A stretch of DNA of 64,000 nucleotides, from assembly GCA_016784445.1 (NCBI GenBank), contig JADHUR010000003.1, positions 2,590 to 66,589 of the forward strand. Direction: 5' to 3'. The position numbers and the translations under genes were made by a program. Positions within the stretch are counted from its first letter, which is position 1. Every line of letters starts with the position of its first letter. Origin of the DNA: Patescibacteria group bacterium (lineage in GTDB: Bacteria; Patescibacteriota; Patescibacteriia; UBA1558). Below the pieces are notes generated by a model. It saw nothing but the letters and a program-made list of their open reading frames with translations. It made no database searches and had not been told where the DNA came from. Positions 27,331-36,757 of this stretch are shown here, in pieces.

Positions 27331-28293
27331 ATGAAAAAGAAAATATTATGCATTGGTAGTGTATTGCAAGAGATTATATACAATACAGATAATGCGGATG
27401 TTTTAACTCAGTATCAATCTGGAGGGAAGAATAAATATATTGCCTTTAATTTTGGATCTAAAATTTCAAGTAATGAAGTTTGGAGATCTTTTGGTGGTGG
27501 AGCTATGAATAGTTCTGCTACTTTTAAATCTATGGGAATAATACCTATTCCTATTTCAATTGTTGGTGATGATCTTATGGGAAGTGCTATTCAAAGATAT
27601 TTAAGTAAATCTGGTATTAGCACTAAATATATTAAGAGTAATAATACAGCAAGTACAGCTTTTAGCTTTATATTAAATTTACCGAAAGCTTCAGAACATA
27701 TTATTTTAGTATCACAAGGTATATTAAAGGATTTTAAGTTTAGTGATTATTCTTTAACTAGAGAGAAAGTAGAGTGGATATATTTAACTTCATTAAGGGG
27801 TCAATATTCAGCATATAATATTCGTTTAATATTTAATTTAGTAAGAAAGAAGAAATTTAAAGTATTTTGGAATCCAGGACAACAGCAAATAGAGAATTTT
27901 GATATTTATACAAAATATTTAGGACAAGTAGATATGCTTTCAGTAAATATTGATGAGGCAAAAGATATTAATAAGAAACTTAAATTAGGGGCATATTCTG
28001 CTGTAAAACTAGCAAATAAATTACTAGAATATGGTTGTAAACATATATTAATAACAGGAGATAAAAAAGGTGTTAGCTATTTTAGTGGACAGGAGAAATA
28101 TATACAGGCAGCAAAGAAAATTAAGGTAATAAATACTACCGGTGCAGGAGATGCATTTAATGCAGGTTTTTTAAGTGCATATATGTACAATGAAGATATT
28201 AAAGCAGCTTTAGAATTTGGGGTTCGAAATGCATCAGCAGTATTACAAACAATGGGAGCTCATGAAGGAGTATTAAAGAAAAAAGACTTATGA
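27331..28293 (+). CDS. PfkB-family carbohydrate kinase (ribokinase-like)
   Basis: N-terminal GG motif (FGGGAMNSSA) and C-terminal TGAGDAFNAGFL anion-hole motif. Confidence 0.7.
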   Translation: MKKKILCIGSVLQEIIYNTDNADVLTQYQSGGKNKYIAFNFGSKISSNEVWRSFGGGAMNSSATFKSMGIIPIPISIVGDDLMGSAIQRYLSKSGISTKYIKSNNTASTAFSFILNLPKASEHIILVSQGILKDFKFSDYSLTREKVEWIYLTSLRGQYSAYNIRLIFNLVRKKKFKVFWNPGQQQIENFDIYTKYLGQVDMLSVNIDEAKDINKKLKLGAYSAVKLANKLLEYGCKHILITGDKKGVSYFSGQEKYIQAAKKIKVINTTGAGDAFNAGFLSAYMYNEDIKAALEFGVRNASAVLQTMGAHEGVLKKKDL

Positions 28294-28871
28294 AAGAAGT
28301 ATTAATAGAAGTGTCGGCTAGACATTTACACGTATCTAAAGAGGATTTCGCAACTTTATTTGGTAAAGAAGACTTAACTAAGTTTAGAGATATATCTCAA
28401 CCAAAACATTTTGCAGCAGAGGAAACTGTAACTTTAGTTGGGCCTAAGAATAAAATAGAGAATGTCCGTATATTAGGACCCTTTAGAGATCAGACGCAAA
28501 TTGAACTTTCTAAAACGGACTGCTTTTTTTTAGGAATAGAAGCACCACTTCGCTTATCCGGAGATTTAAAGAGTTCAGGAAAAGTAAAAGTAATTGGTCC
28601 AGCAGGTGAGATTGATCTTGAGTCTGGTGTTATTGTAGCACTTAGACATTTACATATATCTACAGAGAAAGCTAAAGAGTGGAATTTAGAACAGGGGCAA
28701 AGTATAAGTATTAAAGTTGGCGATGGAGATAAGGGTGATATTAAAGATATGATCTTTGATGAGATAATTGTAAGATCAGGTGATGGATATAATACTTCAT
28801 GTCATATAGATACAGATGAGGCTAATGCAGCTAATATTAATAAATCAACAATGGGAGTAATAATAGAATAA
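28290..28871 (+). CDS. PduL-type phosphate acyltransferase (phosphotransacetylase function)
   Basis: Two PduL half-domains with the paired motifs VSARHLHVS and VALRHLHIS, each followed by a G-rich segment. Immediately upstream of ackA. Confidence 0.65.
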   Translation: MKEVLIEVSARHLHVSKEDFATLFGKEDLTKFRDISQPKHFAAEETVTLVGPKNKIENVRILGPFRDQTQIELSKTDCFFLGIEAPLRLSGDLKSSGKVKVIGPAGEIDLESGVIVALRHLHISTEKAKEWNLEQGQSISIKVGDGDKGDIKDMIFDEIIVRSGDGYNTSCHIDTDEANAANINKSTMGVIIE

Positions 28872-30004
28872 TGAATAAATATATATTAACTTTAAATGCG
28901 GGCAGTGCTACTTTGAAGGTAGCTATTTTTTCTAATGACTTACAACCAATTTTAACAGCTCAAGTTGAAAAGATAGGACAAGCTGGTAGTTTTTTACAAA
29001 TTATTTCTAAAGGAAATGATATTAGTATAAAGAAAAGGATGTCTAATCATACTGCAGCATTTAAGACATTATTTAAATTATTAGATAGGGATATTATAAA
29101 TAATATTAATATAGTTGGACATAGAGTAGTTCATGGAGGAATATATTATAGTAGTCCAGTTAAAATTGATAAGACAGTTATTAATAATATTAAGAAATTA
29201 AGTGATTTAGCACCACTTCATAATCCTAAGAACTTAGCTGTTATTATAGCTGCTAAGAAGCTATTATCTAATATTAATCATTTCGCTGTTTTTGATACTG
29301 CATTTCATCAAACGATTCCAGCTTATGCTTATTTATACTCATTACCTATTAAAGTAAGTAATCAATATAATATTAGAAAATATGGTTTTCATGGAATGTC
29401 ACATCAATACTGCATGCAGGAAGCTACTAAGAAGTTAAAGAAGCCTGCAAATTCACTTAATCTAATTACTGTACACTTAGGAAATGGTGCGAGTATTACT
29501 GCAATTAAAAATGGTAAATCAGTAGACACTTCAATGGGATTCACGCCACTTGCAGGACTTACTATGGGAACAAGAGTGGGAGACATTGATCCTGGCATAA
29601 TTTTCTATCTTTTAAGCAAAGGTGTGAATTATAAAAAATTAGATAAAATATTTAATAATGAATCTGGTATTAAAGGTTTATTTGGCTCACAGGATTTAAG
29701 GGATGTATTAATAACAGCTGGATATAAGATTCCAGGGTATACAAAACCTTCATCTATTAAAGGAATAAAGAAACAAGCTCAACTTACTTTAGATATATTT
29801 ATTTATGATATTTTAAGATATATTTATACATATTTAGGTGTATTAAAAGATGTAGATGCTATTGTATTCACAGGAGGAATTGGAGAGAGAAATGCAGATA
29901 TACGTAAGCTCATTATCAAGGGCAGTAATTACAAAGGAAAGACAATGGTTATTAAAGCTAATGAAGAATTAATGATGGCCAGTTTAATAAAGAATAAGAG
30001 ATGA
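28871..30004 (+). CDS. ackA: Acetate kinase
   Basis: [15 protein letters not shown] (ADENOSINE motif), [30 protein letters not shown]. Confidence 0.85.
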   Translation: MNKYILTLNAGSATLKVAIFSNDLQPILTAQVEKIGQAGSFLQIISKGNDISIKKRMSNHTAAFKTLFKLLDRDIINNINIVGHRVVHGGIYYSSPVKIDKTVINNIKKLSDLAPLHNPKNLAVIIAAKKLLSNINHFAVFDTAFHQTIPAYAYLYSLPIKVSNQYNIRKYGFHGMSHQYCMQEATKKLKKPANSLNLITVHLGNGASITAIKNGKSVDTSMGFTPLAGLTMGTRVGDIDPGIIFYLLSKGVNYKKLDKIFNNESGIKGLFGSQDLRDVLITAGYKIPGYTKPSSIKGIKKQAQLTLDIFIYDILRYIYTYLGVLKDVDAIVFTGGIGERNADIRKLIIKGSNYKGKTMVIKANEELMMASLIKNKR

Positions 30005-31146
30005 AGCAAATATTATACATACTGAGTTTTTTAATTCTACTATTACCGGGAGTAGTTTTTGCAGTAGATTATGATTTGTCTGTTAGTAGTTCAGATATAT
30101 CTTTTTCAGAGAATCTTTTAATCGCAGGCGATACTGTCCGTATATATGCAACTGTACATAATGTAGGTTCTCAGGATGTTCGTGGGTATATAACTTTCTT
30201 TCAAGGTTCTGCTGTTATTGATGATTCGCAAATATTATCTATTAGACCTGGAAGTAAATCTGATGCTTGGGTAGATTTTGTAGTACCAAGTAGCGAGTTC
30301 AATATTTTAGCTCGTATACAAGGTACAACACCAGCAGATCAGAACTCAAATAATGATCAAGCATTAACAGCTTTAATAAGACCAGATATAGATACAGATA
30401 GAGATGGTATTGCTAATGCAATAGATCCTGATGATGATAATGATGGCCTAACAGATATTCAAGAAAGAGCGGGAGGCACTGATCCATTAAAGGTAGATAC
30501 AGATGATGATGGTTCAAATGATAAAGTAGATATTTTTCCATTAGATCCTAATGAGAAGATGGATTCAGATAATGATGGTATTGGTAATAATGCGGACCCA
30601 GATGATGATAATGATGGACTTACAGATATAGAGGAGGATATTAATGGAACAGATCCATTAAAGGCAGATACAGACGGTGATGGAGTAAATGATAAGGAAG
30701 ATAATTATCCACTAGATTCTAGTCGCTTTGAAATTGCTAGAGATATTTTTGAACCAACAGATAATGAAGATGAAGATATTCAAGAGGTAGAAACTGGTAA
30801 TGAAACATTACTAGATATTATAAGTGATGAGGTGGATAAGATTAAAGATAGTGATTCTGATGATTTAATCAAACATGAAAAAGTATTATCTATTGATGGT
30901 CCAAAAGTAGATGAAAGTAATGAAAATAATAATATCTTAGATTTAATTACTAATTGGTGGTTTTGGTTAACAATTAGTGGTATAATTCTATTAATAATAG
31001 TTGTTTACTATATCTATATAATCATTGTTAATCGCAATGTCGAAGGATTTGAAGAAACAATGCCAATATTAAAAGAAGCTAAAAAAGTTAAATCTAATAG
31101 AGAACCGGAAATATTAGATTTACGTAAAATTAAAAGAAAAAAGTGA
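30001..31146 (+). CDS. Surface protein with CARDB-like N-domain, thrombospondin type-3-like Ca-binding repeats and C-terminal TM anchor
   Basis: Signal peptide. [22 protein letters not shown] and [22 protein letters not shown] (DxDxDG repeats). C-terminal [27 protein letters not shown] plus a basic tail. Confidence 0.5.
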   Translation: MKQILYILSFLILLLPGVVFAVDYDLSVSSSDISFSENLLIAGDTVRIYATVHNVGSQDVRGYITFFQGSAVIDDSQILSIRPGSKSDAWVDFVVPSSEFNILARIQGTTPADQNSNNDQALTALIRPDIDTDRDGIANAIDPDDDNDGLTDIQERAGGTDPLKVDTDDDGSNDKVDIFPLDPNEKMDSDNDGIGNNADPDDDNDGLTDIEEDINGTDPLKADTDGDGVNDKEDNYPLDSSRFEIARDIFEPTDNEDEDIQEVETGNETLLDIISDEVDKIKDSDSDDLIKHEKVLSIDGPKVDESNENNNILDLITNWWFWLTISGIILLIIVVYYIYIIIVNRNVEGFEETMPILKEAKKVKSNREPEILDLRKIKRKK

Positions 31147-32186
31147 GGGAACTTCTAACAGGAAATGATGTAGTAGTAAGAGCCGCATTGAATGCGGGTG
31201 CTTTGGGTTATGCGGGTTATCCAATAACGCCAACTACAGAAATAATGACTGCCTGGAATAGCGCCTCTATTAAAGATAAGAATTTGAGGTTTTTACAAAC
31301 AGAAGATGAAATGTCTGCTGGCTTTGTAACCATTGGTATGATTATGGGAGGCCTTAAAGCTTTTACAGCTACCGGAGGTCCTGGTAATGTACTGATGCAA
31401 GATCCTCTTAATATGGTAGAAAATATGCGTATCCCTTTTGTTGCTGTCATTGGTCAAAGAGGTGGACCATCCACTGGTTCTGTCATATATTCGCAGCAGG
31501 AAGTCATTTTAACAGGCTGGGGAGGTAATTCTGAAGGATATAGAGTTGTATACTCACCAATGAATATACAAGAGCTTTATGATTATACAATTAAAGCATT
31601 TAATACTGCTTGGACATATAGATTCCCAACACTTGTTCTAACTGATGGTTATGTTGTTAAAACCAGGCAAGAAGTTAATATATATAAACCAAAGAAAATA
31701 GTTAAATCATATCCATTATTATTAAAGTCTGAAAAACGTAATCCAAAGAAAGAATCAAATTATGTAAATTTATCAAATACCTTTGTTACTGAAGAAGAAG
31801 CATTTGAAGCAAATAAAGTATTAATGGATGACTTAATGAAAATGAAACCTAAAGTTGTTGAGTCAGAACTATATAAGAAGGGGAGTATTAATACCTTAGT
31901 GATTGCTCATGGTCTTGTTGCTGGAGCTGTTAAAGAAGCTATTAATACAGATGGTAAGAAAATGAAATTTGGCATGCTAAGACCAATTACTTTAAATCCA
32001 TTTCCAGATATTGCTTTAAAGAAGGCATTAAAAGGAATTAAGAAAATTATTATTGTAGAATCAGCTCATAATCAGCTTCTAAAACTTGTTAAAGAAGCTC
32101 TTTATGGTTTAAATATTCCAATTAAACATTATGGTCGACCAGGCCTTGGTGTTACACCTGAAGAAATATTAAAATTAATTAAATAA
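31143..32186 (+). CDS. porA: 2-oxoacid:ferredoxin oxidoreductase alpha subunit (POR/VOR type)
   Basis: GTG start. [28 protein letters not shown] is the conserved N-terminal core of OFOR alpha subunits. Confidence 0.75.
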   Translation: MRELLTGNDVVVRAALNAGALGYAGYPITPTTEIMTAWNSASIKDKNLRFLQTEDEMSAGFVTIGMIMGGLKAFTATGGPGNVLMQDPLNMVENMRIPFVAVIGQRGGPSTGSVIYSQQEVILTGWGGNSEGYRVVYSPMNIQELYDYTIKAFNTAWTYRFPTLVLTDGYVVKTRQEVNIYKPKKIVKSYPLLLKSEKRNPKKESNYVNLSNTFVTEEEAFEANKVLMDDLMKMKPKVVESELYKKGSINTLVIAHGLVAGAVKEAINTDGKKMKFGMLRPITLNPFPDIALKKALKGIKKIIIVESAHNQLLKLVKEALYGLNIPIKHYGRPGLGVTPEEILKLIK

Positions 32187-32188
32187 TT

Positions 32189-32677
32189 ATGAAATTTAAT
32201 AACAAAGGTTTTACATTATTAGAGCTATTAGTGGTAATAGCCATCATTGGACTTTTAAGTACTATTGCTGTTACGTCTTTGAATTCTGCTAGGGTAAAGG
32301 CAAGGGATACAAAACGTCTTGGTGATATGAAAGCTATTCAAACAGCGCAAGAATTTTACTTTGATGAAAATAATACTTATGGATGTTTGGTTAAAGGAGC
32401 TGTTAGTGCATGTAGTGACTTAGATAATTATATGAATCTTGATACTGTTAAGGATGGAAGATGGGCTGATGGTGATAAATGTACCAATACTACAGTGGTA
32501 GCGGGATATGCAGTAACGGATTGCGATTATGCCTTTGCTGTTCCTAATGCAGGGGAAGGTTATAAAGTAGTTTTTTATTTAGAGGGTGCATCTAGTGCCG
32601 GAAATACAGCAGCAACTTTGTGTGGCGTGACGGCTCAAGGTCTTCAATGTCCAGTTGTAGCATATGTAGCACCATAA
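32189..32677 (+). CDS. Type IV pilin-like protein embedded in the OFOR operon
   Basis: NNKG|FTLLELLVVIAIIGLLSTIAV, then ARVKARDTKRLGDMKAIQTAQEFYF (pseudopilin alpha1 signature). Four Cys in the head domain. Confidence 0.7.
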   Translation: MKFNNKGFTLLELLVVIAIIGLLSTIAVTSLNSARVKARDTKRLGDMKAIQTAQEFYFDENNTYGCLVKGAVSACSDLDNYMNLDTVKDGRWADGDKCTNTTVVAGYAVTDCDYAFAVPNAGEGYKVVFYLEGASSAGNTAATLCGVTAQGLQCPVVAYVAP

Positions 32678-32690
32678 TAATTAAATTTAA

Positions 32691-33440
32691 ATGACAAATT
32701 TAAAAATCCCAAAATGTTGGAAAGTTTCATCTAAACCACATAATTTCTGTGCTGGTTGTGGTTATCCTTTAATGTATAAAGCATTAGGATACAATATAGA
32801 TGAACTTAAAATTCAGAATAATACCTTTGTTGGGTTAGATATTGGTTGTGCTTTGCTTTCTTGGGATTTCTTAAATGTAGATACTATGCAAACCCATCAT
32901 GGTAGAACTATACCAGTTGTTGTTGGGCTTAAGAAAACTAAGCCTAAAGCAGTAGGCATTGCAATAGTTGGAGATGGTGGTGGTTATGCAATTGGAGCAC
33001 AGCATTTAATTAATGCACGTATGCGTAATGAACCTATTACGGTAATTGTTATCAATAATGCTGTATATGGCATGACAGGTGGTCAAGAGGCACCAACCTC
33101 ATTACCAGGCCAAAAGACATCTACAACAGTAGCTGGGGCAGATTCACACCTTATACAAGGTCCTAGAATGTTATCTGAGATGCTGGATGAGGAGGTATAT
33201 ATTGCAAGAACTTCAGTAGATAATCCGGTACAAATGAAAAACTATATCCGTAAAGCCTTAGAGTGGCAAATAAATAATAATGGATTCTCACTGGTTGAAG
33301 TATTATCTTTTTGTCCAACTAATTGGCATACAGATGCTAAGGAAACAAGAGAGTTTTTAAATAGAATGAAAAAGCAGTATCCAGTCGGTGAATTTAAAGC
33401 TGCAAAACGTAAACCTAAAGAAGATGCATCACTTGAATAG
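32691..33440 (+). CDS. porB: 2-oxoacid:ferredoxin oxidoreductase beta subunit (TPP-binding)
   Basis: FCAGCGYP.., VGDGGGYAIGAQHLINA.., INNAVYGMTGGQ TPP-binding motifs. Confidence 0.8.
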   Translation: MTNLKIPKCWKVSSKPHNFCAGCGYPLMYKALGYNIDELKIQNNTFVGLDIGCALLSWDFLNVDTMQTHHGRTIPVVVGLKKTKPKAVGIAIVGDGGGYAIGAQHLINARMRNEPITVIVINNAVYGMTGGQEAPTSLPGQKTSTTVAGADSHLIQGPRMLSEMLDEEVYIARTSVDNPVQMKNYIRKALEWQINNNGFSLVEVLSFCPTNWHTDAKETREFLNRMKKQYPVGEFKAAKRKPKEDASLE

Positions 33441-33972
33441 AAAATTAAATATTTGTATAGCTGGAGAAGGTGGCCAAGGTGCTCAATCGGTTGCTAAGAT
33501 TATTGTAAATGCTGCCTATGCTCAGAAAGTACCCGTTGCTTATGTTCCAAATTATGGTGTAGAGCAAAGGGGTGGTGTTTCTATTGCTTTTGTACGTTTA
33601 TCTCCAGAGCCAATCTCTTATCCTAAATTTGATAAGGCAGATATAATGGTATTATTATCTGATAGATCTGTAGATAGGGTTAAGCAACATATTGGTCCAA
33701 ATACAAATGTATTTTACAATAAAGATTTTGTAGATAGAAAATTACCTAAAAAATATATTGGTTATAATTTTAATAAACAAGCTCAAGAGATGGGTAGTAC
33801 AAGACTATTTAATATGATAGTTCTTGGTCTTGTTGTTAAAACTATGGATTCAATTCCACTTCAGACAATTATTAATCATGCACATAAGAAATTTGCGAGT
33901 AAATATACAGCTAAACCTGAAATGAAAAAACTCAATGAAGAAGCTATTAAATATGGATATAATTTAGTATGA
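33424..33972 (+). CDS. porG: 2-oxoacid:ferredoxin oxidoreductase gamma subunit
   Basis: ICIAGEGGQGAQSVAKII.. motif of the OFOR gamma subunit. Start taken at the Met that overlaps the beta stop by 17 nt. The ORF track's longer start at 33388 is less likely. Confidence 0.7.
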   Translation: MHHLNRKLNICIAGEGGQGAQSVAKIIVNAAYAQKVPVAYVPNYGVEQRGGVSIAFVRLSPEPISYPKFDKADIMVLLSDRSVDRVKQHIGPNTNVFYNKDFVDRKLPKKYIGYNFNKQAQEMGSTRLFNMIVLGLVVKTMDSIPLQTIINHAHKKFASKYTAKPEMKKLNEEAIKYGYNLV

Positions 33973-34256
33973 AGGTAAAAAAAGATTTTAAAACATATAG
34001 AAAAGAGAATAAAGAGATGATTTATGATAATCATTTAGATTTATGTAAGAGTTGTGGTCTTTGTATTGAATTTTGTCCAGTTAATTGTATTAAATATCAT
34101 GAAAAGAATTTAGGTAGATTTGGTAGTCCAGCCATTGATGCAGATTTAGATATTTGTATTAAATGCGGCATGTGTGAGCGTATTTGTCCAGATGCTGCTA
34201 TTAGTATAGAAATAAAGAAAGCCAGAGCTAAGAAAGAGAAAGTTGTTAATAAATAG
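33969..34256 (+). CDS. porD: 2-oxoacid:ferredoxin oxidoreductase delta subunit (2x[4Fe-4S] ferredoxin)
   Basis: Two CxxCxxCxxxCP motifs (CKSCGLCIEFCP, CIKCGMCERICP). Confidence 0.75.
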   Translation: MKVKKDFKTYRKENKEMIYDNHLDLCKSCGLCIEFCPVNCIKYHEKNLGRFGSPAIDADLDICIKCGMCERICPDAAISIEIKKARAKKEKVVNK

Positions 34257-34267
34257 CTAAGTAAATA

Positions 34268-34296
34268 TTGACAGTACTTAGCGAGGTGCTAAACTA
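34268..34296 (+). promoter_or_regulatory. Candidate promoter for the small peptide gene (TTGACA-16-TAAACT)
   Basis: Consensus -35 TTGACA at 34268-73. Weaker -10. Confidence 0.35.
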
Positions 34297-34363
34297 AAAT
34301 TAGCTTATTAAAAAATTAATATTGTTTATTAGAATAGTACATATCCAAGAAAGGTGACTCAAC

Positions 34364-34453
34364 ATGGATAAGAAGAAAAAAAAGACCGCAAAACAGGTCA
34401 AAAAACGCGTAAAAGTACGCATTGGTAAGGGTAGTTGCAGTATTTGTGATTAA
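34364..34453 (+). CDS. Candidate RiPP precursor peptide (29 aa, Lys-rich leader, C-terminal GSCSICD)
   Basis: ATG preceded by aaaggtga SD. Translates to MDKKKKKTAKQVKKRVKVRIGKGSCSICD*. Sits 70 nt upstream of a radical-SAM/SPASM enzyme, with a hairpin between them. Shorter than the 60-aa cutoff of the ORF track. Confidence 0.5.
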   Translation: MDKKKKKTAKQVKKRVKVRIGKGSCSICD

Positions 34454-34471
34454 CTCTTAAGGAACAAAAGA

Positions 34472-34499
34472 GGGGGAGAATCTAAGATTCTTCCCCTTT
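34472..34499 (+). terminator. Strong hairpin with weak U-tract between peptide and maturase genes (attenuator-like partial terminator)
   Basis: ggggagaatc-taa-gattcttcccc (11 bp, one G.U) followed by TTT. Confidence 0.45.
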
Positions 34500-34522
34500 A
34501 ACACTCAAAAAGGAGGGTAAAG

Positions 34523-35608
34523 ATGGATTGTCAAGAGAATACACCTCGTTTAGAGGTTGAGACTGATGAGACTATTTATGAAATAGAGTTTGGTCAAGTT
34601 CAGATTGAAATAACTGGACGATGCAATATGAGTTGTCAGCACTGCAGAGCATCACATCAGGTAAAAAGAGACATGCCGATAGAGCAGATTGTGAAAATAA
34701 TGAAATTTGCACGTCAGTTTAGCCCAAATTATAAAGAGGTTATTCTTTCGGGAGGGGAACCTTTACTTCACAATGACTTCACTAGAGTATTACAAGAAGT
34801 TCGCCATAGTGGCGGTGATTCCATAACTTTAACTACAAATGGTTACATGTTAGATGAATCACACTTGGATTCAATCCGTAGCTTAGAATTTGAACGTTTT
34901 GTTCTGTCAGTAAGTATTGATAATTTAAGGTCTTCTCTGCATGATGAGTTTCGCATGAAAGCTGGTGCATTTGATAAAGCTGTTAATGCTTTAAAGATGG
35001 TTGCTTATAGCGACATTCCACACTTAATTCCATCAATGCGTTCTACCATTCAGGCTCAGCAGATTGCCGAGATGGAGGAAATGGTCGTCTTTGCTGACAC
35101 TCTTGGTTGTAAGAGAGTATCATTTTCTGCAATTCATCCAGCCGGAAAAGCAATAACAAGGGATGATTTGTGGATGAATGTAGAACAAAAACGTTCTTTT
35201 TTGAAGGAGGTTTATCGATTGAAAGAAGTATTTCCTCATATTAATGTTACAACCAATGATCCTCTTAAATGCTTGCTCCGAGGCAAGAGTGATCTTGGAC
35301 ATTCAGAGGAATTAGTTTTTGATGGTTGCGGTGCTGCAGCAATAACATTTAATGTGGATTGCAGTGGTAACATGACCCCATGTGCATTACTCAATATTCC
35401 AATGATGAATACTTTTGCCTTAACGATTGAGGAAATGAATGAAGCCTATAGTAGTAGTGACATTGTTAGGAATATGCTAGAGATGAATTTAAGTGGTAAG
35501 TGTGGTGCCTGTGAATTGAAATATCAATGTGGAGGTTGTCGTGCACGAGCACTGATTCAGAATGGAGATTATCTAGCAGAGGATTCGCACTGTTGGATTA
35601 ATGTTTAA
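34523..35608 (+). CDS. Radical SAM/SPASM-domain peptide-modifying enzyme
   Basis: CNMSCQHC (Cx3Cx2C), GGEPLL motif. C-terminal SPASM cysteines CGAAAITFNVDCSGNMTPC and CGACELKYQCGGCRARA. Strong SD aaggaggg. Confidence 0.8.
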   Translation: MDCQENTPRLEVETDETIYEIEFGQVQIEITGRCNMSCQHCRASHQVKRDMPIEQIVKIMKFARQFSPNYKEVILSGGEPLLHNDFTRVLQEVRHSGGDSITLTTNGYMLDESHLDSIRSLEFERFVLSVSIDNLRSSLHDEFRMKAGAFDKAVNALKMVAYSDIPHLIPSMRSTIQAQQIAEMEEMVVFADTLGCKRVSFSAIHPAGKAITRDDLWMNVEQKRSFLKEVYRLKEVFPHINVTTNDPLKCLLRGKSDLGHSEELVFDGCGAAAITFNVDCSGNMTPCALLNIPMMNTFALTIEEMNEAYSSSDIVRNMLEMNLSGKCGACELKYQCGGCRARALIQNGDYLAEDSHCWINV

Positions 35609-35661
35609 ATATAAGGGTTGAGCTTTCAAAAAGTTTGACCCTTATTTTTTTATTATAGTAT

Positions 35662-36144
35662 ATGATGTATAATGATTCTATGAATCAAAGTTTACAGAAT
35701 TTTATAGCAAAAAAATACATAAAACCTGGCAAGGCATTAGATCTAGGTGCTGGTCAGTTTGAAGATGTGAAAGGATTAAGTAAACTTGGGTGGAAAGCTG
35801 AAGGTGTAGATATTAATATGGGAGTTAATCTTGAAGAGTCCTTTTTATCCAAGGAGAAACCGTTTGATTTAGTTTATTCAAACTATCTCATACATAAGTT
35901 AAAAAATTTAGAAGTGTTTATCGAGACTATTTATAATAATTTAACAGAGGGTGGATATTTCTTTATACATACTTTTGATAAGTCAGATGAGAATAGTAAA
36001 TCCGAACTAACGGGAGATCTTTTAATGAAGTTGCTTATTAATAGAGGCTTTAAAGATATTAAAGTTGGGCTATTTGATAAGTATGATGATGCAGAGGGTC
36101 ATCAGCATATGCATAAAATTTTGGAAGTAACTGGTAAAAAATAG
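35662..36144 (+). CDS. Small class I SAM-dependent methyltransferase
   Basis: Motif I ALDLGAGQFEDV and motif II/III spacing. 160 aa. Same transcription unit as the rSAM gene. Confidence 0.6.
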   Translation: MMYNDSMNQSLQNFIAKKYIKPGKALDLGAGQFEDVKGLSKLGWKAEGVDINMGVNLEESFLSKEKPFDLVYSNYLIHKLKNLEVFIETIYNNLTEGGYFFIHTFDKSDENSKSELTGDLLMKLLINRGFKDIKVGLFDKYDDAEGHQHMHKILEVTGKK

Positions 36145-36294
36145 TATCAGTGAAAATAAATTATATTGTAGAAAAATCACACGATACAGAGGAGGATGAG
36201 GAGTATTTACTTAAATTGAAGGTAATGTTGGAAAAATTAGAAGAATTAGTTGAAAAATAGTGAAGTTTATAAATACTTAATATCCTGGTATAAT

Positions 36295-36318
36295 AAGAGT
36301 TGCTAATACAACTCTTTT
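36295..36318 (+). terminator. Hairpin + T-tract closing the rSAM-MTase unit (overlaps an extended -10 TGgTATAAT at 36286-36294)
   Basis: agagttg-ctaata-caactct followed by T5. Confidence 0.5.
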
Positions 36319-36324
36319 TAATTT

Positions 36325-36756
36325 ATGAACAATTTGGAAAAGCCTAAAATGAATAAGGAAATATATGTTGATCCTCGTCACGAGGAGCACGCTTTTGATT
36401 TACCATTTTGGCGGGATAATAAAAAGCTATGGGCTTTGGAGGTTCCAGTTGAGAGTATGGATATCAGTGAATTAATATGGATGTTAGATATACCTCATTG
36501 GGAAGATAAAGAAGGTAATATTGTCATTAAGCCGCAGGATGTTATAGATAATCCAGACAACTATCCATTTCATAAAGATAAGATTAATGAATGCGATACG
36601 TCATATCCAATAGATATTATGAAAAATAAATTGAGTGAGTGGAGAATACTAGACGGACTTCATCGTTATGTGAAATTGATAATGGAGGGTATAACAACAA
36701 TTAAAGTAAGGAAAATTCCACCTGAGATGATTCATCTAACAGCTAAAGAAAAGTAA
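36325..36756 (+). CDS. Hypothetical protein with ParB/Srx-like DGxHR motif
   Basis: 143 aa. ..SEWRILDGLHRYVKLIMEG.. resembles the DG(H/x)HR catalytic motif of ParB-like nuclease/sulfiredoxin folds. Confidence 0.3.
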   Translation: MNNLEKPKMNKEIYVDPRHEEHAFDLPFWRDNKKLWALEVPVESMDISELIWMLDIPHWEDKEGNIVIKPQDVIDNPDNYPFHKDKINECDTSYPIDIMKNKLSEWRILDGLHRYVKLIMEGITTIKVRKIPPEMIHLTAKEK

Positions 36757-36757
36757 T

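Noticed and set aside
36150-36260. GTG-initiated 36-codon acidic ORF (VKINYIVEKSHDTEEDEEYLLKLKVMLEKLEELVEK) after the methyltransferase
   Set aside because: No ATG and no convincing RBS. It could be a second small peptide of the RiPP-like unit, but the evidence is too thin to call.
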